Assembly: GCA_946537305.1 (NCBI GenBank) | Contig: CAMNFR010000002.1 | Location: forward strand, 48,564-112,563 | From: an uncultured Lachnospiraceae bacterium | GTDB lineage: Bacteria; Bacillota; Clostridia; Lachnospirales; Lachnospiraceae | Length of the DNA stretch: 64,000 nucleotides | Reading direction: 5' to 3' | Part shown: positions 25,974-34,460 of the stretch, one piece after another | How positions within the stretch are numbered: the stretch's first letter is position 1 | Layout: every line of letters starts with the position of its first letter | The notes under the pieces: model-generated | What the model was told of the DNA's origin: nothing | Seen by the model: the letters and a program-made list of their open reading frames with translations, nothing else | Database searches by the model: none | Translations under genes and position numbers: made by a program

Positions 25974-27350
25974 ATGTTATATCAGACGACAGACACGCCG
26001 GAACCTTCTCCGGAAAACATGCGGGATCCGATTCTCTGTTATATCCGGGAGCGTATTCTGGCGAAAGGATCTGTAAGCGCCGGACAGGCACAGGAATTCC
26101 TTCACTATATTGGCCTGGATGCCAAAAATCTGCGGACGATGCTGGAACTGGAAGAGCCGTATGTGCCGCTGACAGATCAGGAATATACGTGGGATCAGGT
26201 CTGCGGAAAGCATGCGGAGCTGGATCTGAATGATTATATGAAACAGGGTGTCAGCCGTATTCAGAAGGCGCTGGGGGAAAAGCAGGAAGAAGTCATTAAT
26301 CGCGCTGCGGACTGCATTGTACAGGGCCTGCGGGAAAAAGGAGATGCCGCATTTGCCTGCTTTATACTGGAACCGGAGGCAGAGAACGGTCTCGGACGCC
26401 TGCTGCAGCAGGAAAAACAGATAGATTACGGATTTCTGATCGATATCAACAAGAACACTTTTCAGCAGATCAAGGAAAAGGATGAGTCGGCCAGAAGAGA
26501 GCGCCCCGGTATTTTCGGACACCGGCAGGAGGCACTGGATGATCTGCTGGAGACCGTGGATCTTTTCCTGAGCCAGCGCTATGAGATGTATCGTTATAAA
26601 GCTGTGGAAACTGTGTGCGACCAGCTGACGGAAAACTTTGTCTCCCATGCACCGGTTTTTCCGTCGGGTAGCTGTCCGCCTGTATGGGCGTCAGTCTTTG
26701 AGCAGATGAATCTGTACAGTATCTTTGAACGGGAATATCTGCGATCTTTCCTGACAGATTCCTTCCTGACTTCGGATATGCTGTGGGAGGCAGCGGAGCG
26801 ATGCAAGGCACTTGCTGCTCCGCCGAAGCCGGCAGAACCCGAACCGGAACCGGCGCCGATGCCTGCACCGGAGCCAGTGCCTGTACCAGAGCCGGAGCCA
26901 GTGCCCGAACCGGAACCTGCCGCTGACTGGGATTGGGACGATGACTGGTCGGTTCCGCAGGAGACAGTACCCCAGGTACCGGAGGCAGAGGAAGAAAAGG
27001 AGGCTCCCGGGAACGCAGAGGAACGGCCTGACCTCTCTCTGCTTGAAGAGGGGGTGGAAAATCAGTGCATTATTATTCAAAATGACCAGATTATTTTGAA
27101 TGTTTATGATATAATGACACCGGTGGACACTTCGGGAATGACGCTTCTTCAGGGAATGGATAAGCTTAAAGAGATGCAGAGGGAAGGCCTGAAGCCGGTT
27201 TTTTCGAGGACCTATGAACTTCGGGACCAGGAAGATCTGCTGATCCTGTTGAAGAACGAAGCGTTCGTTCAGCAGCTGAAGAAGAGCATAGAAGCGGTAA
27301 AACAGCGCCGGCAAACCATTGAAAAGCTGACGGAATGGCTGTTGTCATAA
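25974..27350 (+). CDS. Hypothetical protein with Pro/Glu-rich linker and acidic-Trp motif
   Basis: 458 aa with an SD (aggaga). The central linker is PPKPAEPEPEPAPMPAPEPVPVPEPEPVPEPEPAADWDWDDDW (motif at 26925-26948). No recognised family. Confidence 0.7.
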   Translation: MLYQTTDTPEPSPENMRDPILCYIRERILAKGSVSAGQAQEFLHYIGLDAKNLRTMLELEEPYVPLTDQEYTWDQVCGKHAELDLNDYMKQGVSRIQKALGEKQEEVINRAADCIVQGLREKGDAAFACFILEPEAENGLGRLLQQEKQIDYGFLIDINKNTFQQIKEKDESARRERPGIFGHRQEALDDLLETVDLFLSQRYEMYRYKAVETVCDQLTENFVSHAPVFPSGSCPPVWASVFEQMNLYSIFEREYLRSFLTDSFLTSDMLWEAAERCKALAAPPKPAEPEPEPAPMPAPEPVPVPEPEPVPEPEPAADWDWDDDWSVPQETVPQVPEAEEEKEAPGNAEERPDLSLLEEGVENQCIIIQNDQIILNVYDIMTPVDTSGMTLLQGMDKLKEMQREGLKPVFSRTYELRDQEDLLILLKNEAFVQQLKKSIEAVKQRRQTIEKLTEWLLS

Positions 27351-27366
27351 AGGAACGAATAAGATC

Positions 27367-28908
27367 ATGGATAATATCAGACAGGTAAAGTATAATAAGA
27401 TCAATTGCACCGGATGCGGTGACTTTACAGAGGCGGATCTGGTAGCGTTTGATTTGGGGAAAGTATTCGCGGATGCTGTACGGGAAACAGCGGTGGACCC
27501 TGTCTGGGAGCCGCTGGCACAGTTGGATCTCCGCTTCTACTACACGATGCGGGATATTTGCCAGGAACTGGAATACCGGAGGCACCCGAACCTGCCTACG
27601 GAGCTGACGCTGGAGGTGCGGGATGTGACCCGTCAGATGGAATTTTTGATGGATGATTATCCCTTCGCGCAGATGAGCCGGGAATCCCGAAATTCCATGC
27701 AGTACAACAAGCTCTTTGAGCAGGTCCGCTCTTCCTTTGATTCGATCTCGGAGAAAGCGGAGGCATTGGAGGCGTTGATCCGGGCACTGACTACGTATTC
27801 CGGAGAGACAGTCATTCTGAAAGTGCCGATCTTTATATCGCTGGGATCTGATGAGGATGGAAACGAGATGATCCATGGCCTGGATTATTTCATTAACGGC
27901 GAAAAAAGAAGTATCCGGGAAAGAGTCTGCCCGTCCTGCGGCATGCCGATGGACAGTCAGGCGGGCTACCGGAACGAATTTATTATCGGGCTGGCAGGAT
28001 TGCCGCGGGTCGGCAAATCGGCTTATCTGGCCTCGTTGGTGCATCAGCTGAAGAAACTGCCGCAGGATGGATTTATTCATGTCAAACAGAATGACAGCGA
28101 AAGCCTGGAGAAATTTGAAAAGGATATCGTAGCGCCGTATGAGCGGGGAGAGACGATTCAGAAGACAGCGGTAGAGCACGAGGATGCCATTCCGCTGGTC
28201 TATCTGCCACTCCAGATCGGAAGCCGTGAATATAACTTTATATTTGTAGATATGCCGGGCGAGGTGTACGGAAGTATGGATAGTTCCGGCCTGGATTTTA
28301 TCAGCAACCGCCGTTCCATTCTGAAGAATGCGGATGTTATCTGGTGCTGTATAGAACCGTCCATGGTAGATCCGAAATATACCAATAAGAATGTGCCTGC
28401 CAAAACACAGGATGCCTCCAGACAGCTTTCCAGTCTGATCAACATCCTGAACATGATCTATATTACCAAGATTCCTTCCGGTATCATACTGACACAGTCA
28501 GATCTTGTGGATAGCGAGTACCGCCTCTTCCGGCCGGAGGTTTCGGTCATGGATGAATATGTTCTGGAGGACCATTCGCTGGATCTTTTGCGGATGAATG
28601 ATTTTGTGGAAGATACCCGCCGGTTCATCGATAAAATGAGCAATTTCCGGCTGTCTATCGAAGGAACGTTTGAAGGATTTTCCATGTTTGGGGTGGCTTC
28701 CTACGGCTTTGATGTCAGTGATAAGGTGCTGCTTTCCAATAAGACGATCCAGCCGTCCATGGTAGAGCTTCCTTTCCTGTGGACCCTGGCGAAGCTGGGA
28801 CTGCTGAAGGTAACAAAGGCAACCCAGACCAAGACGCTGTTGGGCAAAGAAAAGTGGAAGCTGGAGGAAGTGGAAGATGAGAACGCCCTTTACATGCAGG
28901 AAGACTGA
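27367..28908 (+). CDS. Zinc-ribbon-containing P-loop GTPase-like protein, paralog A
   Basis: 513 aa. CTGCG ... CPSCG are split by a ~170-aa insert. Walker A is GLAGLPRVGKS (27988-28020), G3-like is FVDMPGE, and the G4 position reads ILTQSD. The C-terminal PFLWTLAKLGLL is shared with paralog B. Confidence 0.8.
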   Translation: MDNIRQVKYNKINCTGCGDFTEADLVAFDLGKVFADAVRETAVDPVWEPLAQLDLRFYYTMRDICQELEYRRHPNLPTELTLEVRDVTRQMEFLMDDYPFAQMSRESRNSMQYNKLFEQVRSSFDSISEKAEALEALIRALTTYSGETVILKVPIFISLGSDEDGNEMIHGLDYFINGEKRSIRERVCPSCGMPMDSQAGYRNEFIIGLAGLPRVGKSAYLASLVHQLKKLPQDGFIHVKQNDSESLEKFEKDIVAPYERGETIQKTAVEHEDAIPLVYLPLQIGSREYNFIFVDMPGEVYGSMDSSGLDFISNRRSILKNADVIWCCIEPSMVDPKYTNKNVPAKTQDASRQLSSLINILNMIYITKIPSGIILTQSDLVDSEYRLFRPEVSVMDEYVLEDHSLDLLRMNDFVEDTRRFIDKMSNFRLSIEGTFEGFSMFGVASYGFDVSDKVLLSNKTIQPSMVELPFLWTLAKLGLLKVTKATQTKTLLGKEKWKLEEVEDENALYMQED

Positions 28909-28932
28909 TAAGAGCGGTAAAATGGCGGGAGG

Positions 28933-29178
28933 ATGCAGACAATGAAAACATTGGAAGAAGAGATCAAAGCCCAGAAAATAGAAACTATACGAAAAGACGG
29001 GATGTTCCGCCTGCTTGGAATCGTGGTGGTGGTGGCAGCAGTATATTTTGCCATACAGTTTGTTCATGCAGATTTTAAGATACTGACGTTCCTGAATCCG
29101 TGGGCGAGCGCAGTTATGCAGCTGATCGGCGATCTGCTGTATCCCATCAGTGATCTGCTGCGTGAACTGATACCGTAA
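28933..29178 (+). CDS. Small single-TM protein between the two GTPase genes
   Basis: 81-aa ORF with one hydrophobic segment (FRLLGIVVVVAAVYFAIQF). The start is ambiguous (ATG 28933 or 28942). Confidence 0.5.
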   Translation: MQTMKTLEEEIKAQKIETIRKDGMFRLLGIVVVVAAVYFAIQFVHADFKILTFLNPWASAVMQLIGDLLYPISDLLRELIP

Positions 29179-29250
29179 CACCGTGCGGCAGACTGCAAAA
29201 TAATTAGCATGATATAAAGTGTAACATAATAACTGTCGGGAGGAAAGAAT

Positions 29251-31002
29251 ATGAGCGATAACGGCGGCAGTAATGCCAAGAAGATGGAGTTTCACAGAGT
29301 CCACTGCCCGCGCTGCGGAAGAACCATGCTCGCCAATGAGCTGGCATTTGATTTCGGAGAAATCATAAATGTGGCACTGGAGAAGGCGAAGAACCGGAAA
29401 TTCGGGCATAATGAGGAATGGTACGATCTGACCAATCTGAACCTCTGCCTGTACCTGGACCTGCGGGATCTGATGACTTCATATGGTCTCTCTCAGGCTC
29501 CGAACGGAACGTACCAGGGCATGTTTACCTTTACCACCAAGGATCTGGGCGATCAGCTTCTGCGTCTTGCCGATTCCGCCAACCCCAACATGTCCATTGC
29601 AATCCTGGGCTCCAGCAATAATCTGATTGAATATGAAAAGCTGACCCGCTTTATGAGCAAATCCAGCGATGTGGATGTGATGGAACTGGCAGAGCGTATT
29701 CAGGAACTTGCCATTCGGATTCAGAAGAACCCCAACGCCGTGATCGCCAGTTTTCATGTAACAGTCAATCTGCAGAAGGATGATCGGGGAAATTATTTTG
29801 CCAACCGACTGCTTATAAAATTTGATGACGGTCAGCTGCAGAATGTGACACGCTTTATCTGCAAGGGTGAAAAAGGAGCGCCTTGCGGTAAAGTGCTCTA
29901 CGGCCACGCGGGTCAGTTTAAAGAGATTATTATTGGCCTGGCCGGTACAGCCCGTGTTGGTAAGACCGCGTACCTGGCGTCGCTGCTGGCCAGCATTCTG
30001 CGGCAGGGCAACGGTATACAGAAGCTGGGACACGATCAGAATGTGATCACTAATATTGCTTATGTAGATGAGGCATATGACCGGTTCAAGAAGGACCTGC
30101 TGGATCCGTATGCCAACTGTACCAAGATTACGAAGACCCAGTACATCTTTGATAAGGTGGGAGATACCGAGGCCATTTCCCTCTTCTCCCTGACCTTTGC
30201 CATCAACAACCGGAAAAAATATATTTTTACCTTCATCGATATGCCCGGTGAAGTATACGATGACGGAGCAGAAGGCGCTAACGTGGTCATCAATAACCGC
30301 CAGATCATCTCAGATGCCAGCATGATCTGGCTGTGCATCGCGCCGGCACAGATTGCAGGCGGGGCGGTAGTGGCCGGCGGAGACCAGGTAAATACAGATC
30401 TGGGCAACGCCTTTGCCAACCTGGAAAAGACCATGCAGGCAATCAACCGCTCAAGACAGATCCCGACCGCAGTGCTGATCACCTGCAGCGATCTGATCGA
30501 AGATAAATACGAGCTGTTTGATTCTACATTCAATCCTTTTGCTTCACAGGAAAATCCGATCCGTACCATGGATAGCAAGAATAAAAAGACGCCCTGGGTC
30601 AGCGAGGCCGGGGCACTGTTCTACACCAACATGGAATGGTTCATTCGGAATGCGTTCTCTTACCTGAAGACCAATCCGGGACTGCCCGCCAGTATCGAAA
30701 ATATCTTTGGCGGATTTACCCCCTTTGCGGTGGCTTCCTACGGAAAGCAGATCGATAACCCGCTGGCGGTAAAGGCCGGATTTGACATTCCTACGCCTTC
30801 TATGATCGAGGGGCCGTTCCTTTGGACGCTGGGTATTCTGGGACTGATTCCGGTCTGCAAGGAGGAATTGGTCACACGTACCCGCCGGGTCAGAAAAGGC
30901 CTCTTTGGGCACCGGGATGAGACGTATCAGGAAACAGAGATCGTAAATGTTGAGGGAAGAGAGCGCAGACGTCTCTTCTACTATTCGGGACAGGAGGATT
31001 GA
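29251..31002 (+). CDS. Zinc-ribbon-containing P-loop GTPase-like protein, paralog B
   Basis: 583 aa. It starts with an N-terminal CPRCG and the second half-ribbon is degenerate (CKGEKGAPCG). Walker A is GLAGTARVGKT (29935-29967), G3-like is FIDMPGE, and the G4 position reads LITCSD. LAFDFGE and PFLWTLGILGLI are conserved with paralog A. Confidence 0.8.
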   Translation: MSDNGGSNAKKMEFHRVHCPRCGRTMLANELAFDFGEIINVALEKAKNRKFGHNEEWYDLTNLNLCLYLDLRDLMTSYGLSQAPNGTYQGMFTFTTKDLGDQLLRLADSANPNMSIAILGSSNNLIEYEKLTRFMSKSSDVDVMELAERIQELAIRIQKNPNAVIASFHVTVNLQKDDRGNYFANRLLIKFDDGQLQNVTRFICKGEKGAPCGKVLYGHAGQFKEIIIGLAGTARVGKTAYLASLLASILRQGNGIQKLGHDQNVITNIAYVDEAYDRFKKDLLDPYANCTKITKTQYIFDKVGDTEAISLFSLTFAINNRKKYIFTFIDMPGEVYDDGAEGANVVINNRQIISDASMIWLCIAPAQIAGGAVVAGGDQVNTDLGNAFANLEKTMQAINRSRQIPTAVLITCSDLIEDKYELFDSTFNPFASQENPIRTMDSKNKKTPWVSEAGALFYTNMEWFIRNAFSYLKTNPGLPASIENIFGGFTPFAVASYGKQIDNPLAVKAGFDIPTPSMIEGPFLWTLGILGLIPVCKEELVTRTRRVRKGLFGHRDETYQETEIVNVEGRERRRLFYYSGQED

Positions 31003-31003
31003 T

Positions 31004-33262
31004 ATGCAGCTTTTGTATGGAAATGACGGCGTCAATTACAGGGTGATCGATAAATCCGCCGAAATGACGGACGGCGTGCAGAAAACGCTGCTGGGATCCT
31101 ACTCCCGCTACGATTTTGTGACGGATCCGAAGGTCTATTCCTCCGTGGCGCAGGAGCCGGAAGCGATAACCTATGTTTCCACTAACCTGGACAATCAGCT
31201 GAAAAGCGACCAGGTGGTGGTCTGCAAAATGGGGCACATGCGTAATTTTTCCTCTCCCAGCTATTATTTCCACGGTCTGGTGAAGGAAGTCCCTGCGGAT
31301 TATTATAAGAAGGACTTTTTTGAACTTTTCGGCTATCAGTTCATTCCGGATGTGGAGGCCAATTCCGCACATTACAGCGGGGGAACGGTGGATGGATATC
31401 AGTTTCCCGTACAGCCGGTCAACCAGAAAGCATTGACCGACGAACAGCTGATCGTGATTCTGGCAAGCTTTCTGTCCAATGACAAAAAGGGACAGAAAAC
31501 AAAGATCCTGTGCGATGCTTCCGGGGATGATTATAACCGTCGCAGCCGCGAGATCCTGGCGTCGATCTATCATTATCTCCCCTATGAACTTCGCAAACGC
31601 TATGGCTTCAAATCTTACAGCCAGGATGAGAAGAATCTTCCGGCGCGTGTTGCCTTTGTGGTTTTCCCGAAGGAAGAAGTACACGATGTGACTGGATTTG
31701 TCACCCTGCAGGAATCCCGGGGAGACATAGCGCATTCTGTGGAGCGCGAATACCTTGATTACGCAGCCTATCTGGTGGAAAAACTGGATGATTCACAGCG
31801 TACGGAACATTTTGAGACCATGTCCAAGCTGGCGAGTAACGGATATCTCCGGATCAAGGACTGCGTGGATTATTACAACAACCTGAAGAACTGGTCCAAC
31901 GGGACGCAGGAAGCGCTGCTGCCGGACTGGATTCAGTATATCGATCAGAACAGCTTCCGCAAAGGGCCGCTCTATGAGATGCTGCTGAAGATCATTGTCG
32001 CTAAGGTGGATAACGCATATTACAATGATTACCTGTTTGATCAGACATTGAGGCTGTATCAGGAGAACGTATACAATCTGTCTCCCCAGGCGGCCAAGAC
32101 CATGCGCTTCGCGGACTGCCTGGATGAGATCTTTATCGAACCTGCCCGGTTCCATGAGTGGTATCAGGAGCAGCTGCAGGCAAAGATCAATATGCTTCGA
32201 CCGGAACAGAAGGAATCTCCGGTCTATATGGCAGGCTTTTATGAGGAAGAGATCCGCGCCTTGGAACAGGTAGATATCATGAGCGAGGAGCTGAAGGAGC
32301 TTCTTCAGACAGAGGTGCAGAATCTTCGGGCAAAGATCCGCAGCAACGCGGCCAATGTGGAAGAGCAGAAGGACCGGGAGGTTGAGGAACTGCATCGCCA
32401 GGTCAGCAAGATCGGCAGAGTGGAGGATCTGGTGTCGATGGTCGAGATCCTGCGCCGCAATATTCAGTTTGCTGAAAATAAAGAAGTGCTCACGGCGAAT
32501 GTGGAAGAGTGGCTGGCGGAACATATCCCGGACAGAATCACTTCCGAAAGCGAGTTGCGGATCTGGAAAGAACAGGTGGAGAAGCTTGGTGGAAATATTT
32601 CCGCGGAAATGCAGGAAAACATCCTGAGGGAGCTGGCGAGAGAAGAACAGCTTCAGATCCAGGCGAGAGAGTCTCGCAAATGTGTCATCCGGCCGGGGGA
32701 GGTCCTGAGATCCTATCGGAACCTGGTGGAATATCTGGCTAAAGGCGTGCTGCAGCCAGAGGATAAGGTGATAGCTGAGATCGGGAAAAGAGCACCGAGT
32801 GAATATAAAGCTTCTACCATGTTGAAAATGCTTAGCTTTATCCTCTATCCGGAGGATGAGTCCCAGGGCAGTGTCTCGATTGCATGGAAGCGCGTGTTCC
32901 TGGAAGAGAAGCTGATGACGGCGGAACATGCTGAATATCTGCTGAAGGATCCGGAAGCAGAGGAGGAGTTTGTTAAAAGAGTAGTGCACTTCTTCCTGAA
33001 GGAAGATTCCGTCAGGATCTCCGGCATCTATCTGGCAAGACTGATTCAGCGGTATCATCCCGAGCTGAATGCCATGTTCCGAAAACTCTATGAAAAGGGA
33101 GAGGACGAGGAGTACTTCTTCTCGGATGAACTGAAAACGCTGTCAGCATCTGCCCCCAAACGGAGCAACTGGGCTTATGAGACAGAGTCGGAGCCCCAGG
33201 AGGATCATTCCAAACAAGGAAAGAAAGGATCACTGGGGGGCCTGTTCGGAAGGAAATGGTAA
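31004..33262 (+). CDS. Large hypothetical protein (coiled-coil-rich C-terminal half)
   Basis: I prefer ATG 31004 (SD ggacaggagg; 1 nt after the upstream stop) over the ORF-track start 30947. That gives 752 aa with no recognised family. The N-terminus MQLLYGNDGVNYRVIDKS is worth testing against GTPase-associated (GAP1-type) N-domains. Confidence 0.7.
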   Translation: MQLLYGNDGVNYRVIDKSAEMTDGVQKTLLGSYSRYDFVTDPKVYSSVAQEPEAITYVSTNLDNQLKSDQVVVCKMGHMRNFSSPSYYFHGLVKEVPADYYKKDFFELFGYQFIPDVEANSAHYSGGTVDGYQFPVQPVNQKALTDEQLIVILASFLSNDKKGQKTKILCDASGDDYNRRSREILASIYHYLPYELRKRYGFKSYSQDEKNLPARVAFVVFPKEEVHDVTGFVTLQESRGDIAHSVEREYLDYAAYLVEKLDDSQRTEHFETMSKLASNGYLRIKDCVDYYNNLKNWSNGTQEALLPDWIQYIDQNSFRKGPLYEMLLKIIVAKVDNAYYNDYLFDQTLRLYQENVYNLSPQAAKTMRFADCLDEIFIEPARFHEWYQEQLQAKINMLRPEQKESPVYMAGFYEEEIRALEQVDIMSEELKELLQTEVQNLRAKIRSNAANVEEQKDREVEELHRQVSKIGRVEDLVSMVEILRRNIQFAENKEVLTANVEEWLAEHIPDRITSESELRIWKEQVEKLGGNISAEMQENILRELAREEQLQIQARESRKCVIRPGEVLRSYRNLVEYLAKGVLQPEDKVIAEIGKRAPSEYKASTMLKMLSFILYPEDESQGSVSIAWKRVFLEEKLMTAEHAEYLLKDPEAEEEFVKRVVHFFLKEDSVRISGIYLARLIQRYHPELNAMFRKLYEKGEDEEYFFSDELKTLSASAPKRSNWAYETESEPQEDHSKQGKKGSLGGLFGRKW

Positions 33263-33265
33263 ATC

Positions 33266-34405
33266 ATGAGGTATAAATATGTTTCACACCTGACAGATCT
33301 GAAGGATCTGAAACACATAGAGTGGTTCGTTCTTCACAGTCAGGAATATGAATTTGCAACAGACCGGGCCAGAACGCTCCGGGATCGCCTGCAGAAAAAT
33401 ATTCATAAGAAAAACATTCTGTACTCGGAGATCGTCACGGACTATGAGGAGCTGGTGCGGCATTTTGACAATGATCTTTACCATTACCAGTTTGAACTGA
33501 CCGGTGAGGACCCGGACAAATGGCTGTTCAGCAATATTCCGGTAAACTATTTTGTGCCTGCCGAGGATAAGGATGGAGGCCAGTACACGGTTCCCTATCA
33601 GTATATCGTGGAAAACCGCATCAATTATGATTTTGTGGAAATGAGCAAACGTCACACGCAGCTGCTCTCGGACAGCCAGAAACGGGCCGAAAGTACCTTC
33701 CAGGCGGTGCAGGATCATTACATGAGATACTGGGTAGGCGGCGGTGTGCGGGATGCGCTGGACCGCTATCAGGGGATTCGTTACGGAAGTGATTATCACA
33801 TCCTGCGCACCGTACTCCTCTTTGTGCTCTACAACATCCTGTTGGGCATTGCCCTGCAGGAATCTCAGTTCATCGGGATCCTTACACATCCCTGGCAGCT
33901 GATATCCACAGAGGCAACGGCACAATTTGCGCCGTATAATCTGTTTACCGGACACAGAGTTCTTGGGATCATCGCGTTCCTTCTGGTGCTGTATTTTGTC
34001 TTTATGGATGCGGTCTATGCCTACGGCATTTACTACATGATCTATATGAAGCAGAAATACGGTATGGTAAAGAAGTATCACGAAGAAGTGCTCCGGCTGT
34101 TGGAACCCTTCCAGAAAGACTTTGAACAGTGCCGAAAGGGAATCACCGGTCCCGTCAGTAAAATCAGGAACAGGGACAGCGTGTATATCCCTCTGATCCG
34201 GAAGGTCAGCCGCGGATATGATTTTACCTCCGGGAAAATGGCACCGGCAGAAAAGGGAGAAACGCCGCAGCCACTGCTGCAGTCTGTGCGGGTGCCTGTT
34301 CCGGGATTTTACACCAGGCCGATTCATAAGTGCCTGATCGGGCTGGTGATCGCGCTGATCTTTATCACCGCGATATGCAATCCGTATAATATGATACTTT
34401 TCTGA
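33266..34405 (+). CDS. Membrane protein, no recognised family
   Basis: 379 aa, starting 3 nt after the upstream stop. The soluble N-terminal half is followed by at least 3 hydrophobic segments. Confidence 0.7.
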   Translation: MRYKYVSHLTDLKDLKHIEWFVLHSQEYEFATDRARTLRDRLQKNIHKKNILYSEIVTDYEELVRHFDNDLYHYQFELTGEDPDKWLFSNIPVNYFVPAEDKDGGQYTVPYQYIVENRINYDFVEMSKRHTQLLSDSQKRAESTFQAVQDHYMRYWVGGGVRDALDRYQGIRYGSDYHILRTVLLFVLYNILLGIALQESQFIGILTHPWQLISTEATAQFAPYNLFTGHRVLGIIAFLLVLYFVFMDAVYAYGIYYMIYMKQKYGMVKKYHEEVLRLLEPFQKDFEQCRKGITGPVSKIRNRDSVYIPLIRKVSRGYDFTSGKMAPAEKGETPQPLLQSVRVPVPGFYTRPIHKCLIGLVIALIFITAICNPYNMILF

Positions 34406-34460
34406 TTCTCTTCGGAGAGTTATGAGATAGATTACAAAAAGAGAAAATGAGGAGACTGCC

